DNA of 64,000 bases, taken from the NCBI GenBank assembly GCA_965217775.1, contig CBDCJH010000002.1:960001-1024000 (forward strand), in the 5' to 3' direction. How positions within the stretch are numbered: the stretch's first letter is position 1; every line of letters begins with the position of its first letter. The notes under the pieces were generated by a model. The model saw only the letters and a list, made by a program, of their open reading frames with translations. It did no database searches and was not told the DNA's origin. A program made the position numbers and the translations under genes. Of the stretch, positions 1 through 7,321 are shown in pieces. This DNA comes from Acidobacteriota bacterium. Lineage in GTDB: Bacteria; Acidobacteriota; UBA6911; RPQK01; JAJDTT01.

Positions 1-100
1 CGATTTCTCGGCGAATAGAACAACTATGCACCTCCAAATCGAGAAAATCTGGCCTCGATTCCCCACTTTCTCGCTACGATCATTTCTACCGCGCAGACTC

Positions 101-904
101 CTAGAACTGGTGTAGGCCTCCAAAGTAGCTGGCGCCCAGATAGGTGAACAGCACCCACAGGAATCCGGCCATGCTCACCACCGCGGCTCTCTTTCCTCGC
201 CACCCCGCCGTCAGCCGCAGGTAGATCAGAGCCAGATAGATGCACCAGGTGACCATGGCGGAGATGACCTTGGGATCCTTGTGCCATCCGTTGATCCAGT
301 CCTGTTCGGCCCAGACGATCCCGGTCAGGAGCCCGGCGGTCATGAAGCAGAAACCGGCCACCAGGAACTTCAGGAAAAGGTCGTCCAGCGTGGTCAGGGA
401 AGGGAGCTGGTAGTAGAAGGTCTTGGGTTGCTTGTTCTTGAGCTCCCTTTCCTGGAACACGTAGAGGGCGCCCGCCACGAAGGTGACCAGAAACATGCCG
501 TAGGCCAGAAACATGAGCGGGGTATGCACGTACAGCCAGGCGCTACGAAGCATGGGCGGTATGGGAGAGGCCTTCAGAAAGACCGTCCCCAACATCAGTG
601 CCGCCACCGCCGGCAGCAGAAAGGTGCTCAGGGCCCGGATCCGATACCGGACGTAGGAAACGAAAAAGCAAAGGGAGACGGTCCAAGCGAAGAACGCCAA
701 CGAATCGCGAAGACCGGTGAGTGGAAAGCGTGCCGTCTCCACGGCGGAAGCGATGAGGAATCCGGAATGCAGCCCGAAGCCGATTCCCACCGTAATGACC
801 GCAATCCGAAAGAGGGCCGTCTTGTTGGAGAAGAAGACCAGCGTGCTGAAGCCGAGTCCGGCCACATAAAATGCAAAAGCGATGTTGAAAAGAAGGCCAC
901 TCAC
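101..904 (-). CDS. ccsA: Cytochrome c biogenesis protein CcsA / HemX-like membrane protein
   Basis: 267 aa with ~8 hydrophobic segments. WWD-like motif 'GIVWAEQDWINGWHKDPK', conserved His in 'YVHTPL' and C-terminal 'GLHQF'. Confidence 0.8.
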   Translation of the reverse strand: MSGLLFNIAFAFYVAGLGFSTLVFFSNKTALFRIAVITVGIGFGLHSGFLIASAVETARFPLTGLRDSLAFFAWTVSLCFFVSYVRYRIRALSTFLLPAVAALMLGTVFLKASPIPPMLRSAWLYVHTPLMFLAYGMFLVTFVAGALYVFQERELKNKQPKTFYYQLPSLTTLDDLFLKFLVAGFCFMTAGLLTGIVWAEQDWINGWHKDPKVISAMVTWCIYLALIYLRLTAGWRGKRAAVVSMAGFLWVLFTYLGASYFGGLHQF

Positions 905-1087
905 AGCGCGCCATTATAGCGGAAGTGGAGGAGTGAGAAGTGAGAGAAGAGGGGGTTTCGGAGACTCTGGGGGCGGTGTGTACATGCAGGGAATATGAGA
1001 CAGAGGAGTGAGAAGACGGGAGGCAGCTCGACGGGACGGAGACGCCGCGATTTCATAGACGCGAAGGCGAAGGATCCCTATTGGCTC

Positions 1088-1253
1088 CTAGCAGCCCGTG
1101 GCAAAAGTCATCACGGCATTCGACCGTCCCTGCATCCCGGCGGACGGCGTTGCGATTCGGGCACATACTCCCGGTATGCACCCGAATCGCGCCTTGTCCG
1201 GCGGGCGCAGGAACGGTCTCGGTGCTCGCGGGACTTTCACCACGGACTGCTAG
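1088..1253 (+). mobile_element. Palindromic MITE, copy 1 (166 bp)
   Basis: Ends CTAGCAGCCCGTGGCAAAAGTC ... GACTTTCACCACGGACTGCTAG form an imperfect 22-bp TIR. Related copies at 5839, 10603, 25929 and 35971. No transposase ORF. Confidence 0.9.
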
Positions 1254-1311
1254 TATCTCAATTGTTAGGTATGAGTGGGTACGGCTCACTGTCAGGCCTG
1301 CTTCGACAGTA

Positions 1312-1340
1312 CCCCTCTCACTCCTCATTCCTCACTCCTC
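1312..1340 (+). repeat. Heptamer (CTCACTC/CTCATTC) tandem run, dispersed family
   Basis: CCCTCTCACTCCTCATTCCTCACTCCTC is identical at 9725-9752. Related runs at 928-954, 1003-1020, 15092-15120 and 23499-23524. Confidence 0.8.
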
Positions 1341-1443
1341 GTTTCTCGCGCGGTTGCGAGACGGGGGAATCTGGTAAAACATGGGCGTCGCTTCCGGCCG
1401 CGGCGGCGGGGAGTCCGGGCGGGTTTACTGGGAGACCGAAATT

Positions 1444-2451
1444 GTGACCAAAAAACGGGTTTTCAGCGGAATGAGGCCGACGGGCCGGTTGCATCTGGGA
1501 CACCTCATCGGCGCGCTGGACAACTGGGTCGGCATGCAGGAAGAGTATGATTGCATCTACGGGATCGTGGATTGGCACGCGTTGACCTCCGAGTATCAGG
1601 ACACGCGGGCGGTGCAGGACAACGTGATCGAGATCGCCATCGACTGGATCGCGGCCGGGCTCGATCCTGAGAAATCGGCCCTGATGATCCAGTCGCTGGT
1701 GCCGGAACATGCCGAGCTCCATCTGCTCTTGTCCATGGTGGTTCCCGTGCCCTGGCTGGAACGGGTTCCCACCTACAAGGAGCAGGTCGTGCAGTTGCGG
1801 GAAAAGGATCTCTCGAACTACGGCTTCCTGGGATATCCGGTTCTACAGGCGGCAGATATCCTGATCTACAAGGGGGAAGTCGTGCCCGTGGGCGAGGATC
1901 AGGTTTCCCACCTGGAGTTGGTGCGGGAGATCGCCCGGCGCTTCAACCATTTCTTCGGCCGCGTCTTTCCCGAGCCCCAGGCCAAGCTCACCACCAATCC
2001 GCGGCTGCCGGGCACCGACGGCCGCAAGATGAGCAAGAGCTACGGCAACGTGATCCAGTTGTCCGAAGACCCGGCCAGGATCCAACGTAAGGTCATGACC
2101 ATGGTGACCGATCCGGCGCGGGTGCGCCGGACCGATCCTGGAAACCCGGACGTGTGTCCGGTCTTCGACCACCACAAGGTTTTCACGGCCCCTGAGGGCC
2201 AGGAGTGGGCGGCCCAGGGTTGCCGGACGGCGAAGATCGGCTGCATCGATTGCAAGCGCCGGCTGCTGGAGGGAATGATCCCGGTCGTGGAGCCCTTGCA
2301 CCAGAAACGGCTCGGCTTGGAAGGAGACCGGGAGAGCGTGAAGGAGATCCTGGTAGAAGGAAGCCGCCGCGTTCGGGGCCGCGCCCGGGAGACCTTGGGT
2401 GAGGTGCGTCAGGCCATGAGGATAAATTACGACCGGCGTTCGAAATGGTGA
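1444..2451 (+). CDS. trpS: Tryptophan--tRNA ligase
   Basis: HLGH and KMSKS class I motifs, 'GYPVLQAADIL', 'VPVGEDQ'. GTG start at 1444 after GGAGA (ORF track starts at 1381). Confidence 0.97.
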   Translation: MTKKRVFSGMRPTGRLHLGHLIGALDNWVGMQEEYDCIYGIVDWHALTSEYQDTRAVQDNVIEIAIDWIAAGLDPEKSALMIQSLVPEHAELHLLLSMVVPVPWLERVPTYKEQVVQLREKDLSNYGFLGYPVLQAADILIYKGEVVPVGEDQVSHLELVREIARRFNHFFGRVFPEPQAKLTTNPRLPGTDGRKMSKSYGNVIQLSEDPARIQRKVMTMVTDPARVRRTDPGNPDVCPVFDHHKVFTAPEGQEWAAQGCRTAKIGCIDCKRRLLEGMIPVVEPLHQKRLGLEGDRESVKEILVEGSRRVRGRARETLGEVRQAMRINYDRRSKW

Positions 2452-3158
2452 CCGAATCCGAGACCTGTCAAGTTCAGCTCGATGTCTTCGAGGGCCCGCT
2501 GGACCTGTTGCTCCACCTGATCCGAACCCAGGAACTGGACATCCGGGAAATTCCCATCGCCCGGGTGACCCGCCAATACCTCGATTACCTCCAATTGATG
2601 CGGGATCTGAACATGACCGTGGCCGGTGAATACCTGGTCATGGCGGCCACGCTGATCCACATCAAGTCCAAAATGCTCCTTCCCGAGGACGAATCGTCCG
2701 AGCCGGAACCGGAGGAAGACCCCAGGGAGGAACTGATCCGGGACCTGCTCCAGTACGAGCAGTTCAAGAAAGCGGCCCATCTGCTCCACGAAAGAGAGAT
2801 CCTGGAGCAGTCGTCCTGGACTCGAGGGGCGGACGAGTTCGTGGAGGAAGGGAAGGAGATGGTCGTGGTCGACCTCTTCGACGTGGTCCGGGCGTTTCAC
2901 GGGATCGTGAACCGGTACAAGGACCGGATTCTGGTGGAGATCGATCGGGACGACGTGACGCTGGAAAGCAAGATCCACGAGATTCGCCGGCTTCTCCAAT
3001 TGGAGGGAGAGTTCTTGTTCTCCCTGTTCTTCAAGCGGGGCATTTCCAAGCGCCACCTGGTGGTCGCCCTCATGGCGCTCCTGGAGCTGGTCCGCCTGGG
3101 TGAGATTCGCCTCTTCCAGAAAGGCGCCTTCCAGGACATTCGGATCGTGGCATGTTGA
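2445..3158 (+). CDS. scpA: Segregation and condensation protein A (kleisin)
   Basis: 'FEGPLDLLLHLI', 'GEYLVMAATLIHIKSKMLLP' and C-terminal 'ALLEL' signatures. Confidence 0.95.
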   Translation: MVTESETCQVQLDVFEGPLDLLLHLIRTQELDIREIPIARVTRQYLDYLQLMRDLNMTVAGEYLVMAATLIHIKSKMLLPEDESSEPEPEEDPREELIRDLLQYEQFKKAAHLLHEREILEQSSWTRGADEFVEEGKEMVVVDLFDVVRAFHGIVNRYKDRILVEIDRDDVTLESKIHEIRRLLQLEGEFLFSLFFKRGISKRHLVVALMALLELVRLGEIRLFQKGAFQDIRIVAC

Positions 3159-3685
3159 AGGACCCGCTCGCTGCACAGATCCTGGCCGTACTCTTCGTCG
3201 CCAAGGAACCTGTCTCTCTCCCTCAGCTCCACCAGGTCTTTCCGGATACGTCTTCCCAGGACCTGGCCCGGCTCGTGAAGGAGTTGGCGGAAGAGTTCAA
3301 CACGGTCCAGGATTCGGTGGAGGTCCGGCAGGTCGCCGGAGGCTACCGGATGAACAGCCATGCCCGGCATCACGAGATCATCCGGCGGTATCTGAAGAGC
3401 CGGCCTTCGGCCCGGCTCTCTCTGGCCGCACTGGAGACGCTGGCTGTCATTGCCTACAAGCAGCCGGTGACCTTGCCCGAGATCGCCGAAATCCGGGGGG
3501 TCAAGGGGACCTCGACAATTCGGACCTTGCTGGAGAAAAAACTCATCGAAGCTCAGGGCCGTAAGAAGACGGTGGGACGCCCCATTCTCTACGGGATCGG
3601 ACGGCAGTTTCTGGTCCACTTCGGCCTCAACGACCTGAGCGAGCTTCCGACACTCGCCGAGTTCGAAGAGATCCTTTCCAGTTAG
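3152..3685 (+). CDS. scpB: SMC-Scp complex subunit ScpB
   Basis: 'LSLAALETLAVIAYKQPVT..EI..IRGV', 'GRPILY', 'FGL..L.ELP'. Follows scpA. Confidence 0.95.
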   Translation: MLKDPLAAQILAVLFVAKEPVSLPQLHQVFPDTSSQDLARLVKELAEEFNTVQDSVEVRQVAGGYRMNSHARHHEIIRRYLKSRPSARLSLAALETLAVIAYKQPVTLPEIAEIRGVKGTSTIRTLLEKKLIEAQGRKKTVGRPILYGIGRQFLVHFGLNDLSELPTLAEFEEILSS

Positions 3686-3705
3686 GCAACCCTCCAACGG
3701 CCGGG

Positions 3706-3835
3706 GGAGCGGCGGTTTCCAACCGCCGGACAGGAGCGGCGGTTTCCAACCGCCGAACTCCGGACGAGCCATGGAACAATGAGCGTACGTGGGCACGGGG
3801 GCACGGAGGAAGGGGCGACTGGAACTCGCCCCTCC
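3706..3835. repeat. REP/REPIN-like cluster (GGAG-headed hairpins)
   Basis: GGAGCGGCGGTTTCCAACCGCCG twice in tandem (3706-3728, 3733-3755), plus inverted GGGCGACTGGAACTCGCCCCTCC (3813-3835). Confidence 0.8.
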
Positions 3836-3889
3836 TTTCAAGCTCGGTTCGCGTCAGGCCCTGACGCCGCGTAAGATTCTCAGGTAACG

Positions 3890-4588
3890 ATGTGGCGTCT
3901 ACAGAAGATCATGGCTCACGCCGGACTGGCTTCCCGGAGGAAGTCCGAAGAATTCATCCTCCAGGGCCGAGTCACGGTGAACGGGAAAGTCGTCGACCGG
4001 TTGGGAACACGGGCGGACCCGGTCCGGGACGAAGTGCGGGTCGACGGTGTCCTGCTGCGTCCGGAGCGGACTGAATACTACATCGTGAACAAGCCGCGGG
4101 GCGTTCTGAGCGCCGTCTCCGATCCCCGTGGCCGGCCCGTCGTCACCAAGCTGGTTCCTTCCCGCGTCCGATTGGTTCCTGCGGGCCGGCTGGACTTTCA
4201 GAGCGAGGGCCTGATGCTGCTCACCAATGACGGGGACCTGGTCCGGACCATTACCCGAGCCGGCGCCCTGGAGAAGGTCTACCACCTCAAGGTGGCGCGG
4301 TGCCCCTCGCCGGGTGCGCTTCGGCGCCTCCAGCGCGGGATTCGGTCCGGCGGCAAACGAATGGCGGTCCGCCGGATCCGGTTGCTGGAGCCGGGAAATA
4401 ACCCCTGGTATGAGGTGGTTCTGGTGCAGGGTAGGAACCGGCAGATTCGGATCATGTTCGACGCCATCGGGCACTTTGTCATGAAGTTGAGACGGGTCGC
4501 TATCGGCCCCTTGCGGTTGGGACGGCTGGCCCCGGGACAATATCGGGAACTTGCGGATTGGGAGGTCCGCCGGCTCAAGCGGGGGTAG
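3890..4588 (+). CDS. rluB: rRNA pseudouridine synthase (RluB/RsuA family)
   Basis: S4 domain 'RLQKIMAHAGLASRRKSEE', 'NKPRG', catalytic 'GRLD', 'GRNRQIR'. Usual scpAB-rluB synteny. Confidence 0.88.
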   Translation: MWRLQKIMAHAGLASRRKSEEFILQGRVTVNGKVVDRLGTRADPVRDEVRVDGVLLRPERTEYYIVNKPRGVLSAVSDPRGRPVVTKLVPSRVRLVPAGRLDFQSEGLMLLTNDGDLVRTITRAGALEKVYHLKVARCPSPGALRRLQRGIRSGGKRMAVRRIRLLEPGNNPWYEVVLVQGRNRQIRIMFDAIGHFVMKLRRVAIGPLRLGRLAPGQYRELADWEVRRLKRG

Positions 4589-4671
4589 GAGCCTGCGTCG
4601 CAGAAAAAATGTTTGGGGGAAATTGACCGATTCGAGGCACGAATAGAGAGGAGTAAGAGGAAGCAGGAATC

Positions 4672-5820
4672 ATGCAGGTATTTCAGCCATTCCAAATGGA
4701 ACGCCTGTTTTCCAGGTTCGAGAAGGAGGTGAAATACAATCTTTCCGAGAGCGGCGTCCATCCGGTCTTGCTCCGGGAACTTGTGGATCGGGAGAACGGC
4801 TATCTGCAAAGTTTGCTGGACACCGATCTGAACTACCCCCACACCAATGGAATCCCCCAGCTTCGGCAGAACATCGCCCGGCTCTATCAAGGCGGAACAC
4901 CGGAGAACGTCCTGGTAACGGTGGGGGCGATTGAAGCCAACTACCTGGTGCTGAAGACCCTTTTGGACGCCGGTGACGAGATCGTCGTAATGCTCCCGAA
5001 TTACATGCAGATCTGGGGACTTGCCAAGAATCATGGCCTTGCGTTGAAAACCTTTCATTTGCGGGAGGAAACGGGCTGGAAGCCGGATCTGGAGGAACTG
5101 GAAGCAGTGGTGACCGCCGGAACCCGGCTGATAGCGGTGTGCAATCCCAACAATCCGACCGGGTACGTTCTTTCCGGATCCGAGATGGACGCCATCATCA
5201 ACATCGCCGACCGGGTCGGAAGCTGGATCCTTGCCGATGAAGTCTATGCCGGGGCCGAGCGCCTCACCGACCAGGAGACTCCTTCTTTTTATGGGCGGTA
5301 CGACAGGGTCCTCGTGACGGGGAGCCTCAGCAAGGCCTACGGACTGCCGGGCCTCAGGATCGGCTGGGTAGTGGCGCCGGCCGGCATCGTGGATGATATC
5401 TGGGCACGCCATGAATACACGACGATCAGTGCGACAATGCTTTCAAACCAACTGGCGGCCCTGGCCCTGTCTCCCGAAGTTCGGTCCTGGCTGTTACGCC
5501 GCACTCGTTCCTACATCCGTCGAGGTTATCCCGTCCTCCGGAACTGGATGGATCTGCATCCGGGCAGCTTCAGCCTGAGGCCGCCGGACGCCGGCGCGAT
5601 TGCCTTCGTTCGTTACCATTTCGACATCAACTCGACTCAGTTGGTGGAACGACTCGCCTTGGAGAAAAGTGTCCTGATCGTACCGGGGGATCACTTCGGC
5701 ATCGATCATTGCGTGCGGGTGAGTTTCGGTCTGCCGCACAGTGTCTTGCGGTCTGCCTTGGACAGATTTCACGAAATGATCGAGGAGCTGTCTTCGAGAT
5801 CGATACTCCGGAACGACTGA
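4672..5820 (+). CDS. PLP-dependent aminotransferase class I/II
   Basis: 'NPNNPTG', 'DEVY' and PLP-lysine motif 'GSLSKAYGLPGLRIGW'. Confidence 0.9.
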   Translation: MQVFQPFQMERLFSRFEKEVKYNLSESGVHPVLLRELVDRENGYLQSLLDTDLNYPHTNGIPQLRQNIARLYQGGTPENVLVTVGAIEANYLVLKTLLDAGDEIVVMLPNYMQIWGLAKNHGLALKTFHLREETGWKPDLEELEAVVTAGTRLIAVCNPNNPTGYVLSGSEMDAIINIADRVGSWILADEVYAGAERLTDQETPSFYGRYDRVLVTGSLSKAYGLPGLRIGWVVAPAGIVDDIWARHEYTTISATMLSNQLAALALSPEVRSWLLRRTRSYIRRGYPVLRNWMDLHPGSFSLRPPDAGAIAFVRYHFDINSTQLVERLALEKSVLIVPGDHFGIDHCVRVSFGLPHSVLRSALDRFHEMIEELSSRSILRND

Positions 5821-5838
5821 CCGCTCGGAGTCTGTGCC

Positions 5839-6004
5839 TTAGCAGTCCGTGGTGAAAGTCCCGCGAGCACCGAGACCGTTCCTGCGCCCGCCGGACAAGG
5901 CGCGATTCGGGTGCATACCGGGAGTATGTGCCCGAATCGCAACGCAGTCCGCCGGGATGCAGGGACGGTCGAATGCCGTGGCGACTTTTGCCACGGGCTG
6001 TTAG
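5839..6004 (-). mobile_element. Palindromic MITE, copy 2 (166 bp, reverse orientation)
   Basis: TTAGCAGTCCGTGGTGAAAGTC ... GACTTTTGCCACGGGCTGTTAG. Nearly identical to the reverse complement of 1088-1253. Confidence 0.9.
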
Positions 6005-6099
6005 AAACGGCGCCGGTCCGGCGGCTGTTGCACCGCGTCGTAGTAAACTGGCAGCCGAGTTGACCAGAAAGGTCGTTTCGAACCGAGGATAGAAATCGG

Positions 6100-6720
6100 A
6101 TGTTCACCGGGATCGTAAGGGAGACGGCCCCCATCAGGGAGCAGGAGATGGGACCCTGGGGCGCGCGGTTGACCCTGCAATGCAGCGCCGATCTCCTGGG
6201 CGAGTTGGAGATCGGGCACAGCATCAGCGTGGACGGCGTGTGCCTCACGGTGTTTCGCAAGACCGGGATTGCCTTCCAGGTGGAGGCGACGCCCGAGACC
6301 CTGTCCCGCACCAATCTTTCGGAAAAGCGAGTCACAGATCCACTGAACCTGGAGCCGGCGGCGAAGCTTTCCGATTTCCTGGGAGGGCATCTGGTGCAGG
6401 GGCATGTGGACGCACCCGGACGCCTGGTCTCCAAGCAGCCCGAAGGGAACTCCTGGATTTTCCGGATCGAAGCTCCAGCGGAAGTGTTGCGCTACTGTAC
6501 GTTCAAGGGGAGCATCGCCGTCAACGGCGTGAGCCTGACACTGTCGGCGTTGAATTCCGAGGGCTTTGAGGCGACAATCATCCCCCACACCATGGCGGTC
6601 ACCAACTTCGGGACGATGGCGGTCGGAGATCGAGTGAACCTGGAAGCGGATCTGATCAGTAAGTATGTGGAAACACACGTTCGTCACCATACTGGGCAGC
6701 CTGCTGATTTTTCCGGCTAG
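6100..6720 (+). CDS. ribE: Riboflavin synthase (alpha chain)
   Basis: N-terminal 'MFTGIV', 'GGHLVQGHVD', 'KGSIAVNGVSLT', 'VNLEAD'. Confidence 0.95.
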   Translation: MFTGIVRETAPIREQEMGPWGARLTLQCSADLLGELEIGHSISVDGVCLTVFRKTGIAFQVEATPETLSRTNLSEKRVTDPLNLEPAAKLSDFLGGHLVQGHVDAPGRLVSKQPEGNSWIFRIEAPAEVLRYCTFKGSIAVNGVSLTLSALNSEGFEATIIPHTMAVTNFGTMAVGDRVNLEADLISKYVETHVRHHTGQPADFSG

Positions 6721-7294
6721 CACGAAGGCGGAAGGCGCCGGATCCTTGGAGGTGGGGCCCAACTCGGTTCTCATCTACAAGAGCTACTCGGGTCCCGTGG
6801 AACGGGAGTGGATCCTGCGGGTGGCGCGTTTCGGTCCCGACGTGGTCTTGGAGTGGGAGTCCTACGCCAATCAGGGGACCCTCCATCTCTTTCGCAACTC
6901 CGTGCTCAAGGGGACCAGCTTCAGTCTCTTCGGCCTCTTCGAACCGGGTGTGGAGAAAGAGTCCAAGAAGGTCATGACGGTCTGGGTCTCCCGGAAGACC
7001 TATGGTGAGCTCGTGGCGACAGGCAGGACCCGGATCAAGGTGAATCGCTTTCCCCGCCAGCTTGAATTGCTGGAGGAAGATCGATTTCGGCTCCGTTTGA
7101 ATCGGCGTCCATACGAAGTTCCCGTGATCCGGGTAGAGGATGATCGAGGCGCCGAATGGGTGTTGTTGAAGGACCCGGACAACCCCATCCTGCTGGAATA
7201 CACGGAACGCAAATATCGTCTCGCCCTGACCAGTTTCCAGACCCGGTCCCAGGTTGCGCTGCGTTGGCTTCGCCGGCTCCCGCCGGTGAAATAG
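6665..7294 (+). CDS. Hypothetical exported protein
   Basis: 209-aa ORF with signal-peptide-like N-terminus (MWKHTFVTILGSLLIFPASTKA). Fills the gap between ribE and ribB on the same strand. Confidence 0.7.
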   Translation: MWKHTFVTILGSLLIFPASTKAEGAGSLEVGPNSVLIYKSYSGPVEREWILRVARFGPDVVLEWESYANQGTLHLFRNSVLKGTSFSLFGLFEPGVEKESKKVMTVWVSRKTYGELVATGRTRIKVNRFPRQLELLEEDRFRLRLNRRPYEVPVIRVEDDRGAEWVLLKDPDNPILLEYTERKYRLALTSFQTRSQVALRWLRRLPPVK

Positions 7295-7321
7295 GGGAAA
7301 TAACAGGAGTTAGCTTCAGAC

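Noticed and set aside
1254-1443. Possible T-box leader for trpS (also upstream of alaS, 20243-20361)
   Set aside because: No T-box consensus (AAGGTGGTACC/GGTGGNACCGCG) or specifier stem found.
995-1447. Small ORFs with repeated peptides 'SPWQKS.RHSTVPASRRTALR' / 'STETVPAPAGQGA'
   Set aside because: These are translations of the MITE copies, not independent genes.
3706-3755. Tandem 23-bp direct repeats (also 30498-30546) as a possible mini-CRISPR
   Set aside because: Spacers are only 3-4 nt, there are two units and no cas genes. They belong to the dispersed REP family.
6005-6099. Possible FMN riboswitch upstream of ribE
   Set aside because: Only 95 nt lie between the MITE and the ATG, and no RFN consensus (AGGGCGGGGTGAAATTCCC..ACCGGCGGT) is seen.
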